DNA of 64,000 nt from Sandaracinaceae bacterium (GTDB lineage Bacteria; Myxococcota_A; Polyangia; Polyangiales; Sandaracinaceae): positions 19,305-83,304 of the forward strand of contig JBGAQA010000012.1 of NCBI GenBank assembly GCA_044220955.1, given 5' to 3'. Of the stretch, positions 53,643-62,635 are shown piece by piece. The notes under the pieces were generated by a model. The model made no database searches. It was not told the DNA's origin and saw nothing but the letters and a program-made list of their open reading frames with translations. Each line of letters starts with the position of its first letter. Position 1 is the first letter of the stretch. The position numbers and the translations under genes are program-made.

Positions 53643-55733
53643 ATGAGCCTCACGCGCGAGATCACCCTCTGCTTCCCGAGCCTGACCGAGGCCCAGCAGA
53701 CGCGCCTCGCGCCCTATCTCGAGCGGGTGTCGGTGGCCGAGGGGCAGACCCTGGTCCGCGAGGGCGCGCACGACTGCGACGCGTTCTTCGTGGTCGAGGG
53801 CCGCGCGCGCATCTCGCGCGCCGGGCTGGAGGTGTCCGTGCTGGAGGCGGGCGATCACTTCGGCGAGCTCGCGCTGCTGGCCGGCCGGCCCCGCGGCGCC
53901 ACCGTGCACGCGAGCAGTGGCCTGATTCTCCTGCGCCTGCGCGCGGAGCGCTACGCCGCGCTGTCTCGCGAGGAGCCGGACCTGGCGATCGCGCTCGTCC
54001 ACGCGCTCGTGGACGGGCTCGGCGACACGCTCTCCGAGATGACCGAGCGCGTGAACGTGCTCGTGCGCGAGCGCTCGCTGCCGCGCCGCTCGAGCGTCGA
54101 GGTGACCGTCGACGGCAAGCGGGTGCGCGCCGCGACGGGGACGCCCGTCGGCGATCTGCTCCCCCGCGAGGTCGAGGGGGCGCAGGTCGTGGCGGCCCTC
54201 GTCGATCGACGCATCGTGGGCCTCGACACGCCCCTCGCGTCGGACGCGACCGTGGTGTCCCTGGACACGCGGCACCTCGAGGGCGAGCGCATCCGGCGCG
54301 CGACCCTCGGTCTCGTGCTGCTCGCCGCCGCGCGCGCGGTCGTGCCAGGCGCGGTCGAGCGCCTCGGCCCCTCGCTCGGGGCGGCCCAGCTCGTGGAGCT
54401 GTCCCCCGGCCCGCACGACACGGCAGCGCTGGCCGCGCAGCTCACGGCGGAGATGCGGCGCATCGTCCTCTCGGGCATGCCGCTCCTGCGCGAGTGGTGG
54501 ACGGTCGAGGAGGCGCGCGCGCACTTCGCGGAGCTCGGGGACGTCGCCGCCGCCGACCTGCTCGACGTATCGCGGGAGCCGATGGTGCCGCTCGTCTCGC
54601 TCGACGGCGCGTACGCCATCGGCTTCGGGCCGCTGCTCCCGAGCGCCTCGCGTGCCGGCGAGTTCGAGGTCCGCGCCGACGACGGGCGCCTCCTGCTCGT
54701 CACCGGCGACGCGAACGACGACGCGCCTCGCTCGGCTCGGCCGGCCGCCGAGGCGATGACGGACGAGCACGCCCTCTGGCTGCGCTCGCTCGGCATCACG
54801 AGCGTCGGCGCCTTCGGACGCGCCTGCATCGCGGGCGACGTCGCGCAGATCATCCGCATCTCGGAGGGCTTCCACGAGAAGCGCCTGTCCCGCATCGCCG
54901 ACGAGATCGTGCAGCGCGAGGATCGCGTGCGCGTCATCTGCGTCGCCGGACCGAGCTCGTCCGGCAAGACGACCTTCATCAAGCGCCTGCACGTCCAGCT
55001 CGAGGTGGTGGGGCTGCGCCCGATCGGGATCTCTCTGGACGACTACTACGTCGATCGCGCCCGCACCCCGCGCGACGAGAACGGAGAGTACGACTTCGAG
55101 GCATTCGACGCGCTCGACGCGGGCCTGCTCCAGGACGAGCTCGCGCGCGTCCTGCGGGGCGAGACCGTGCGCCTCGCGCACTACGACTTCGTCCACGGCA
55201 AGAGCGTCCCCGGCGGTGGTCCCGAGGTGACCCTCGGCCCGAACGACGTGCTCGTCATCGAGGGCATCCACGGCCTCAACCCCGCGCTGCTCGCCGATCA
55301 CGTCCCCGAGCGTGCGCTCTACCGGATCTTCCTCTGTCCGCTCACCGGCCTGCCGCTCGACGCGCTCACCCGCGTGTCCGTCTCGGACCTGCGGCTCTTG
55401 CGCCGCATCGTGCGCGACCGGCACGGCCGGTCCCAGACGGCCGAGGGCACGATCCGCCGCTGGGCGTCGGTGCGCGCGGGCGAGCGCAGACACATCTTCC
55501 CGCACTTCGATCGCGCGGACACCGTCTTCGACAGCGCGCTGGTGTACGAGCCCTCGGTGCTCAAGGTCTACGCCGAGCGCTATCTGCTGGAGGTGCCGCC
55601 GGGCAGTGACGCGTTCCCGACCGCGTTCCGCCTGCTCCAGCTGCTCGAGCGGTTCGTGTCGATCTACCCCGAGCACGTGCCGACGACGTCGATCCTGCGG
55701 GAGTTCATCGGCGGCTCGAGCTTCCCCGGCTGA
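53643..55733 (+). CDS. cNMP-binding domain fused to ThrRS-N-like/uridine kinase
   Basis: cNMP motif GDHFGELAL...PRGATV; P-loop AGPSSSGKTT, SLDDYY, EGIHGLNP, RRIVRD, SILREFIGGS. Confidence 0.87.
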   Translation: MSLTREITLCFPSLTEAQQTRLAPYLERVSVAEGQTLVREGAHDCDAFFVVEGRARISRAGLEVSVLEAGDHFGELALLAGRPRGATVHASSGLILLRLRAERYAALSREEPDLAIALVHALVDGLGDTLSEMTERVNVLVRERSLPRRSSVEVTVDGKRVRAATGTPVGDLLPREVEGAQVVAALVDRRIVGLDTPLASDATVVSLDTRHLEGERIRRATLGLVLLAAARAVVPGAVERLGPSLGAAQLVELSPGPHDTAALAAQLTAEMRRIVLSGMPLLREWWTVEEARAHFAELGDVAAADLLDVSREPMVPLVSLDGAYAIGFGPLLPSASRAGEFEVRADDGRLLLVTGDANDDAPRSARPAAEAMTDEHALWLRSLGITSVGAFGRACIAGDVAQIIRISEGFHEKRLSRIADEIVQREDRVRVICVAGPSSSGKTTFIKRLHVQLEVVGLRPIGISLDDYYVDRARTPRDENGEYDFEAFDALDAGLLQDELARVLRGETVRLAHYDFVHGKSVPGGGPEVTLGPNDVLVIEGIHGLNPALLADHVPERALYRIFLCPLTGLPLDALTRVSVSDLRLLRRIVRDRHGRSQTAEGTIRRWASVRAGERRHIFPHFDRADTVFDSALVYEPSVLKVYAERYLLEVPPGSDAFPTAFRLLQLLERFVSIYPEHVPTTSILREFIGGSSFPG

Positions 55734-55832
55734 CAGGAGTGCTCGCCGCGGAGGACCCGGACGGGAGCGGGCGCAGCCCGCGGACGGAAGGGGCCGGAGA
55801 GGCGAGCCGACGCGATCGGCGCGGCTCCGGCC

Positions 55833-56933
55833 TCAGGTGCCGGCGCCGATGGCGTCCTGCACGCGCGCGAATCCCTCGGCGCGCGCGCGGACGAGCAGCC
55901 CGCGCGCGATCCGTCCCGGCGTGTCGGGTCCTCCGTAGACGAAGCCCGTGTAGAGCTGCACGAGGCTCGCGCCCGCCAGGATCCGCTGCCACGCGTCGTG
56001 GTCGCTCTCGATGCCGCCGACCGACACCAGCGTGAGGCGATCGCCCACGCGCCCACGCAAGAGGCGCAGAACCTCGAGAGAGCGCTCCTTCAGCGGCGCG
56101 CCGCTCAGGCCTCCGACGCCCGCGCGCTCGACCGCGTCCTTCGCGCTCGTCAGGCCGCTCCGCGCGATGGTCGTGTTCGTCGCGACGATGCCCGCGAGGC
56201 CCAGCTTCTCGGCGAGGTCGGCGACCGCGAGCACGTCGTCGTCCGCGAGGTCCGGCGCGATCTTCACGCAGAGCGGCGGGCGGTGCGCGCTCTCGGCCGT
56301 GCTCTCGTCGATCGCCTCGCCCACGGCGCGCAAGAGCGGCCCGAGCTTCTCGACCGACTGCAGGTCGCGCAGCCCGGGCGTGTTGGGCGAGCTCACGTTC
56401 ACCACGACGTAGTCGGCGTGCGGCGCGAGCAAGCGCGCGCTCTTGACGTAGTCGGCGATCGCGCCCGTCTCGGGCACGAGCTTGGTCTTGCCGATGTTCA
56501 CACCGACGACGCCGCGCCTACGGTCCCGGACGCGCAGGCGCGGCAGCGCGCCGGCCGCGCCGCCGTTGTTGAACCCGAGCCGGTTCACGAGCGCCCGATC
56601 GGCCGGGAGGCGGAACATCCGCGGCTGCGGGTTGCCGGGCTGCGCCTCGCCCGTCAGCGTGCCGACCTCGACGAACCCGAAGCCGAGCGCGAGCAGCGCG
56701 TCGAACCCGACCGCGTCCTTGTCGAAGCCGGCCGCGAGCCCGACCGGCGTCGGGAACGTCAGCCCCATCGCCTCGACGCGCAGCGCCGGCTCGCGCGGTG
56801 GCCCGTAAAGCGCGGAGAGCATCGCGCCCCCGAAGGGCATCGCCTCCGCGAAGCGCAGGGCGCCGAACGCGATGTGATGGGCGCGCTCGGGCGGAAGAGA
56901 GAAGAGGAGCGGACGCGCGATCGAGTACAGCAA
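55833..56933 (-). CDS. pyrD: Quinone-dependent dihydroorotate dehydrogenase
   Basis: [36 protein letters not shown]. Confidence 0.96.
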   Translation of the reverse strand: MLYSIARPLLFSLPPERAHHIAFGALRFAEAMPFGGAMLSALYGPPREPALRVEAMGLTFPTPVGLAAGFDKDAVGFDALLALGFGFVEVGTLTGEAQPGNPQPRMFRLPADRALVNRLGFNNGGAAGALPRLRVRDRRRGVVGVNIGKTKLVPETGAIADYVKSARLLAPHADYVVVNVSSPNTPGLRDLQSVEKLGPLLRAVGEAIDESTAESAHRPPLCVKIAPDLADDDVLAVADLAEKLGLAGIVATNTTIARSGLTSAKDAVERAGVGGLSGAPLKERSLEVLRLLRGRVGDRLTLVSVGGIESDHDAWQRILAGASLVQLYTGFVYGGPDTPGRIARGLLVRARAEGFARVQDAIGAGT

Positions 56934-56980
56934 CGCGCGCGGAAGCTAGCGCGCGAGCGGCGCGATCGCGAGGGCCGCGA

Positions 56981-57988
56981 TCAGGCCAGCGTCCGGAGGA
57001 GCGCCTCGCGCTCCGTGGCGTCCGGGAGCCCGAGCGCCCCGCGCGTGTCCGCGTCCGCGTCGTCATCGCCGACGCGCCACGCCTCGAGCACCGCCTGCCG
57101 CTGGGCCTCCGTGTCGCGCGCGGCGCCGGGCGGGAGCGCCTCGAGCGCCCAGTCGTGGATGGCGAAAGAGAGCAGCGCGTGCCGCGCCTCGTCGGCCGCG
57201 ATCTCGGCGTAGGCGGCGCGGACGTCGGCATCGCGCGCCCAGCGCGCCTGCCGCGCGGCGACGAGGGCCGCGTAGGCCTCGCGCACGCAGCCCTCGACCG
57301 CGTTGTCGGCGGCCATGGCCCGCAGATCACGAAGCGCCGCCCGCGCACGGCGCACCTCCGGCACCGCGCCGCCCCGGCGAGCCGCCAGCCCGGCGACGGT
57401 CCGAGCGTGGCGGCGCTCGTCTTGCGCGGCGCGCGCCGCGGCGCGAACGAGCCGCGCAGGCGCGCCGTGCAGGGCGAGCTCGATCCCCAGCTCGTCGAAG
57501 GCCGGCACGCTCGCACGCTCGAGGTAGGCGGCGCGCGCGAGCCACCCCGCGACGCCGCCGCCCGCGTCCGCGAACGCGAGGCCCGAGGGCGCCCGGCCGC
57601 CGACGCAGAGGTGCGCGTACGAGCAGGTCAGCGTGTCGACGCCGCCCGCGCTCGCGACGCTGCACGTCACGTTCGCGTACTGCGCGCCGGCGATCCCGCC
57701 GTCGCTCCCGCTCCCGTCGAGCCCGCCGTCGGCCGGGCCGTACCCGTCGAGCCCCAGACAGACCACGCGACACGAGCTGCTGAAGTCGCCCGCGTCGTTC
57801 GCGAGCGCGGCGCGCTGCGTCGCGTCGATCGCGTGCGTGGTCATCGCGAACGGCTGACCGCACGAGCCGCCGGTGCACGTGCACGCGGACGAGGACACGA
57901 GCAGCACGAGCCCACCCGCAGGGGCCGCGAGGATCGGCAGCCCGAGCGCGATGCGGCGCAGGAGAAGACGCGCGTGTCGACCACCCAT
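56981..57988 (-). CDS. Ferritin-like domain protein (myxobacterial type)
   Basis: LERASVPAF, DERRHA, NAVEGCVRE, DEARHA; GGAGG RBS. Confidence 0.85.
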   Translation of the reverse strand: MGGRHARLLLRRIALGLPILAAPAGGLVLLVSSSACTCTGGSCGQPFAMTTHAIDATQRAALANDAGDFSSSCRVVCLGLDGYGPADGGLDGSGSDGGIAGAQYANVTCSVASAGGVDTLTCSYAHLCVGGRAPSGLAFADAGGGVAGWLARAAYLERASVPAFDELGIELALHGAPARLVRAAARAAQDERRHARTVAGLAARRGGAVPEVRRARAALRDLRAMAADNAVEGCVREAYAALVAARQARWARDADVRAAYAEIAADEARHALLSFAIHDWALEALPPGAARDTEAQRQAVLEAWRVGDDDADADTRGALGLPDATEREALLRTLA

Positions 57989-58063
57989 GCAGACCTCCGC
58001 CCGCCATCGTACCGGAGTCGTGCGGGCTCAGGAGGCGGACCGGTGGGGTCAGGGCGGACCGGT

Positions 58064-58226
58064 GGGGTCACTCCAGGGGGTCGTAACTACCGAGAACCAC
58101 TGCGAACTGGCGGCAAGGTGCGCGATTCGTCGGATCGTCTTCCGACACAGGGCGATTCCGTGAACTGCGCACCTTGCCGCAGGAGCGCTGTCGTTTCGCG
58201 GGATTGGATGGGCCTGGAGTGACCCC
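58064..58226 (-). mobile_element. 163-bp palindromic intergenic element, copy C (inverted relative to A and B)
   Basis: Same terminal IR and length; reverse complement shares ACAGCGCTC and CGATCCGACGAAnCGCGCACCTTGCCGCCAGTTCGC with copy A. Confidence 0.85.
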
Positions 58227-58295
58227 ACTCGACACCCACTCGGTCCGAAGCTCACCCCCGACCTTCGGTCGTGGCTGACTCACGCCAGACGGCGA

Positions 58296-58355
58296 GGGGT
58301 CGTAACTGCCGAGAACCGCGGCGAACCGGCGGCCAGGTGCGCATTTCGTCGGATC
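58296..58355 (+). repeat. Degenerate half-copy directly repeating the first arm of copy C
   Basis: GGGGTCGTAACTGCCGAGAACC...GGCGGCCAGGTGCGCATTTCGTCGGATC versus 58077-58136; terminus decayed (TCACGCCAG upstream). Confidence 0.8.
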
Positions 58356-58360
58356 AGGCC

Positions 58361-59950
58361 TCAGAGCGCGCCGGTCAGCTCACGCACTCGGGGTCGCTTC
58401 GTCGGATCGCCGGACAGAGCGGCGAGCACGAGGGCCCGGAGCGCCGCCGTCCCGCGCGCGTCGTCGATCGCCGGCGGGATCGGGATGGGCTGCTCGGCCA
58501 TGGCGAGCACGAATGCCGGCACGGCGAACGGCGCCCTCCCGGTGAGCATCTCGTACGCGATGATCCCGAAGGCGAACACGTCCGCCGATGCGTCGAGCGC
58601 GCGCGCCGAGCGTGCGCCCTCGGGCGCCATGTAGAGCGGCGTGCCCATCACGACGCCGGTGCCGGTCAGCTCCGCGCTCTTCTTCGGCGTCGCGGCCATC
58701 GTCGCGGCGCCGGGATCGATCGACGGGGCGTCCTCGATCGCGCCGAATCGCGAGATGCCGAAGTCCGAGATCTTCGCGCCGGTCTCGGCGAGCAGCACGT
58801 TCGCCGGCTTGAGGTCCCGGTGCACCACGCCCGCGTCGTGCAGCGCGGCGAGCCCCTCGGCGATCTGCCGCAGGATCGGCAGCGCCCACGCCACCTCGCC
58901 GAACCTCGCGCGCTGCGCCTCGAGCGAGCCGCCCCGCACGAGCTCCATCGCGAGGTACGGCACGCCGCTCGCGACGCCCACGTCGACGATCGAGATGAGG
59001 TTCGAATGGCGGACGCGCGCGCCGATCTCCGCCTCTCGCGCGAACCGCGCCGCCGACGCGCCGCTCACCTCGCCGCTCACCGCCTTCAGCGCGAGCTTCG
59101 CGCCGTCGGTCACGCGCTCGACCTCGTAGACCGCGCCCATGCCGCCCGCGCCGAGCGCCGCGACGATCTTGTAGCGCTCCGCGAAGCGCTCCCCGATCGC
59201 GAGCCGCCGCACGTCGAGCGTGACGTCGCTCTTCGCGAGCACCGCGCCGAGCTCGCGCGATCGCTCGGCCACCTGATACGAGAGCTCCTTCTGGAGCGCC
59301 GACTCCGCACGCGCGATGCGCTCTCGCTGAGATTCGATGATGCGCTCCTGCCGGTATGCGACGTGTGCGGCGCGGTCCGAGTTGAGGGCGACGATCAACC
59401 CGACGCCGAAACAGGCCCACAACATCGCTGTCTCGTAGGCGAGGCCCACCCCGCTCAGCTCCCCACAGAGCCACGACCTCGAGCGCAGCACCTGCGCACC
59501 TGCGGCGAGCACGACTCCGCATGGGGTGCCGTACCGAGCTCCGTCGGTACAGGCCGCCACCACGATGCCCGCCGTCGTGCCGGTGATGACCACGATGCCG
59601 CCGCGATCGATCTCTGGGTATTCAGCGGCTGCCCAGCCAGCGATGAGCGCCCAACACGGAGCTCCGAAGACCCAGTAGGCGCGCCACATCGCCAGCCGAC
59701 GGCGCCACAGGCCGATCACTCCGACGAGGATGGCCGTGTACACGATCGAGCCGAGCGCCGCGAACCGCGTCCACGTGACTACCCCGCCGAGGACGAGCGT
59801 CAGCGGCATGACGATCCAGAAACTCAACACCGCGCCGATGAGCACCCGGAGCTGAGGCATCGTCCGCGCGAACTGCCACTCTGCGAACGCGCGCTCCGCC
59901 GCCGACGACGCGAAGCGCGTTCCCCATCTCTCGAGATCCAGCTCGTCCAT
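58361..59950 (-). CDS. Ser/Thr kinase with N-terminal multi-TM region and C-terminal kinase domain
   Basis: [27 protein letters not shown]; hydrophobic N-terminal ~190 aa. Confidence 0.9.
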   Translation of the reverse strand: MDELDLERWGTRFASSAAERAFAEWQFARTMPQLRVLIGAVLSFWIVMPLTLVLGGVVTWTRFAALGSIVYTAILVGVIGLWRRRLAMWRAYWVFGAPCWALIAGWAAAEYPEIDRGGIVVITGTTAGIVVAACTDGARYGTPCGVVLAAGAQVLRSRSWLCGELSGVGLAYETAMLWACFGVGLIVALNSDRAAHVAYRQERIIESQRERIARAESALQKELSYQVAERSRELGAVLAKSDVTLDVRRLAIGERFAERYKIVAALGAGGMGAVYEVERVTDGAKLALKAVSGEVSGASAARFAREAEIGARVRHSNLISIVDVGVASGVPYLAMELVRGGSLEAQRARFGEVAWALPILRQIAEGLAALHDAGVVHRDLKPANVLLAETGAKISDFGISRFGAIEDAPSIDPGAATMAATPKKSAELTGTGVVMGTPLYMAPEGARSARALDASADVFAFGIIAYEMLTGRAPFAVPAFVLAMAEQPIPIPPAIDDARGTAALRALVLAALSGDPTKRPRVRELTGAL

Positions 59951-59973
59951 TCGCGGCCGAGCTTAGCGCCCGC

Positions 59974-61815
59974 TCACGCCGCGGAGAACGCCTCGGTCGG
60001 GATGTCGATGGCGCTCTTGTCGCCGCTCTGGAGCATCTTCGCCTTCGCGACCACGTCGGGCAGGACGTTGTTCGCGAAGAAGATCGCCGCCTGCTTCTTG
60101 CCCTCGTAGAAGTTCCAGTCGCGCGTGCCCTTCTCGAGCTTGCCCTGCTTGTCGTGCGCGATGGCGGCGCCCTCGAGCAAGAGCCAGCCGACCGCGGTCT
60201 CGCTCATCATCTCGAGGAAGCGGTTCGCGTTCAGCGGGACCTTCTCCATCTCGCCGCCCTTGAACCAGCCGAGGAACTGGAACGCCGCGCCGCCGACCGC
60301 CTCCTGCGCCTTGCCGAGCTGCTTCACGGCGCCGCCGAGCACGGCGTGCTCGCCGTTGGCCGCGATGAACTTGCCGAGGTCGGCGAAGAACTCCTGCGCG
60401 TGCTTGCCGCCGCCCTGCCCGAGCTTGCGGCCGACGAGGTCGAGCGACTGGATGTGCGTCGTGCCCTCGTAGATCGTGAAGATCTTCGCGTCGCGCAGGT
60501 ACTGCTCCACCGGATAGTCGCGCGTGAAGCCCGCGCCGCCGTGCACCTGCACCGCGAGCTCGCAGATCTTGAACGCCTGCTCCGACGAGTACGCCTTCAC
60601 GAGCGGCGTCAGCAGCTCGACCTGGCCGTGGTGGTACGCGGCCTGCTCGTCGCTCTTGCCCGCGAGCGCCGTGACGCGGTCCTGGTGCATCGAGAGCTTC
60701 ACGATGAGCGCGCGGATGCCCTCCACCTTCGCCTTCATCTCGAGGAGCATCCGCCGCACGTCCGGGTGCTCGATGATCGGCACACGCGGCGCGTTCGGAT
60801 CCTTCCACTGCGCGATGCTCGATCCCTGCTTGCGGTCCTTGGCGTAGTCGAGCGCCGCCTGGTACGCGGCCCCGCCGATCGCCACGCCCTGGATGCCCAC
60901 GCCGATGCGCGCGTAGTTCATCATCATGAACATCTGCTTCATGCCCTGGTGCGGCACGCCGCCGACGAGCTGGCCGACGCAGCCGTCGTCCTCGCCGAAC
61001 GTCATCACGCACGTGGCCGAGCCGTTGATGCCGAGCTTGTGCTCGATGCTCGCGACCTTCACGTCGTTGAGCTGCCCGAGCTTGCCGGCGGCGTCGACGC
61101 GGATGCGCGGCACGATGAAGAGCGAGAGCCCCTTCGTGCCCGGCTCGGCGCCGTCGATCCGGGCCAGCACGAGGTGGACCATGTTCTCCGCCATGTCGTG
61201 GTCGCCGCCCGAGATGAAGATCTTGGTGCCCTTGATGGCGTAGTTCCCGTCGCCGAGATCCTTGGCCGTCGTCTTGGCCGCGCCCACGTCGCTGCCCGCG
61301 TGCGGCTCGGTGAGGCACATCGTGCCGCCCCACTTGCCCGCGAACATCTGCGTGCAGAAGAGCTTGCGCTGCTCGGGCGTCGCGCAGTGCTCGAGCAGCT
61401 CCGCCGCGCCGAGCGCGAGGCCCGGGTACATCATGAACGCGCAGTTCGCGCCGCTGAACATCTCCTCGACGATCACCTGCAGCGTGCGCGGCGCGCCCTG
61501 CCCGCCGTACTCCTCGCTGCCCGAGAGCTGGCGCCAGCCGGCCTCGTAGAGCTTCTTCCACGCGCCCTTGAAGCCGGTCGGCGTGATCACGCGCCCGTCG
61601 ACGATCTTGCAGCCCTCGCGGTCGCCGACCGCGTTGAGCGGCCCGAGCTCCTTCGTGGCGAACTCGTAGACCTGATCGAGGACCATGCGGACCTCGTCCT
61701 CGCCCCAGGCCGCGTAGGGCTCCTTGCCGAGGATGTCGCGCATCCCGAACTGCTCGAAGAGCAAGAACGAGAGCTCGCGGAGATCGGTCTTGTAGCGATT
61801 CTGGGCCTGGGACAT
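59974..61815 (-). CDS. Acyl-CoA dehydrogenase
   Basis: TMCLTEPHAGSD, GTKIFIS, EHKLGINGS, IYEGT. Confidence 0.96.
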   Translation of the reverse strand: MSQAQNRYKTDLRELSFLLFEQFGMRDILGKEPYAAWGEDEVRMVLDQVYEFATKELGPLNAVGDREGCKIVDGRVITPTGFKGAWKKLYEAGWRQLSGSEEYGGQGAPRTLQVIVEEMFSGANCAFMMYPGLALGAAELLEHCATPEQRKLFCTQMFAGKWGGTMCLTEPHAGSDVGAAKTTAKDLGDGNYAIKGTKIFISGGDHDMAENMVHLVLARIDGAEPGTKGLSLFIVPRIRVDAAGKLGQLNDVKVASIEHKLGINGSATCVMTFGEDDGCVGQLVGGVPHQGMKQMFMMMNYARIGVGIQGVAIGGAAYQAALDYAKDRKQGSSIAQWKDPNAPRVPIIEHPDVRRMLLEMKAKVEGIRALIVKLSMHQDRVTALAGKSDEQAAYHHGQVELLTPLVKAYSSEQAFKICELAVQVHGGAGFTRDYPVEQYLRDAKIFTIYEGTTHIQSLDLVGRKLGQGGGKHAQEFFADLGKFIAANGEHAVLGGAVKQLGKAQEAVGGAAFQFLGWFKGGEMEKVPLNANRFLEMMSETAVGWLLLEGAAIAHDKQGKLEKGTRDWNFYEGKKQAAIFFANNVLPDVVAKAKMLQSGDKSAIDIPTEAFSAA

Positions 61816-61911
61816 CGGGGTACTACTCCGGTGCGGGAGGACGAGCGGGGCGCCGCGGGTGAATCGCGGTTCATTCGGAAATGTGCGTCGGCGACGCGTC
61901 GCGTCAAGCGC

Positions 61912-62328
61912 TCATCCGCGCGGCGGCATGCGGACCGGAATCACGGCGCGTCCGTTCCGCCTATACACGCGGAAATCCCCGTCCAGGGTGAGGATCGGCG
62001 CGGCCGGACGCTGCTCGCTCATCCGGACCAAGCACGCGTCCGCGAGGTCCATCCGGGGCGCGTAGCGCCGCATCAGCGCACGCACGGAGTCGACCTCGGC
62101 GGCGAGATCGAAGGAGACGGCGAGCACGCCGCGGGCGACGAGGTCGAGCACCGGGTCGGCGTCCACGCGGGCGCTCCGGAGCAGGTAGACCGCCTCGGCC
62201 AGCACGGCCTCGCACGTGTGCACGGGAGGCCGGACCTCGGCGAATCGCGCGCGCGTCCATTCGTGCGCTCGCTCGCTTCGATCGACCAGCGCGACGAGCG
62301 GTCCCGTGTCGACGATGAGCGTCGTCAC
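61912..62328 (-). CDS. vapC: VapC-type PIN domain toxin
   Basis: VDTGPL, EAVLAE, MDLADACL, TLDGDF. Confidence 0.9.
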   Translation of the reverse strand: MTTLIVDTGPLVALVDRSERAHEWTRARFAEVRPPVHTCEAVLAEAVYLLRSARVDADPVLDLVARGVLAVSFDLAAEVDSVRALMRRYAPRMDLADACLVRMSEQRPAAPILTLDGDFRVYRRNGRAVIPVRMPPRG

Positions 62329-62591
62329 GGGGTGGTGCGACGAGCCGCTCGCGGCTTCTTCGCGCCGAAGCCTCGGAGGTGCCGCTTGTCGGAGCCGAGA
62401 TCGCGCCGGCCGCTCTTGACGCTCCCGACGGCATCGCCCGCGGCGTCGAGCGCGGACCCGCCCGCCGTGTCGCCGCGGAGCCGAGCGATCGCGTCACGGA
62501 CGATGGCCGACTTCGAGCGCGAGGTCTTGCGCGCCTCTTCTTCGAGCCACCGCGTCGTCTCGGCCGGCACCTTCAACGTCAGCGTCGACAT
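62325..62591 (-). CDS. Ribbon-helix-helix (CopG-like) antitoxin
   Basis: MSTLTLKVP...SKSAIVRDAI; GTGA overlap with the toxin. Confidence 0.88.
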   Translation of the reverse strand: MSTLTLKVPAETTRWLEEEARKTSRSKSAIVRDAIARLRGDTAGGSALDAAGDAVGSVKSGRRDLGSDKRHLRGFGAKKPRAARRTTP

Positions 62592-62597
62592 CGGGGG

Positions 62598-62626
62598 ACG
62601 GTAACACCCGTCTGACAGACGAGCAA
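62598..62626 (-). promoter_or_regulatory. Sigma70-type promoter of the TA operon with palindromic operator
   Basis: TTGCTC-17 nt-TACCGT-6 nt-ATG; CGTCTG-A-CAGACG palindrome at 62609-62621 in the spacer. Confidence 0.7.
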
Positions 62627-62635
62627 TACCGCCGC

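Noticed and set aside
61813..61832. GGGGTACTACTCC resembling the element terminus
   Set aside because: Needs indels to align and is explained as the GGAG RBS of the acyl-CoA dehydrogenase gene
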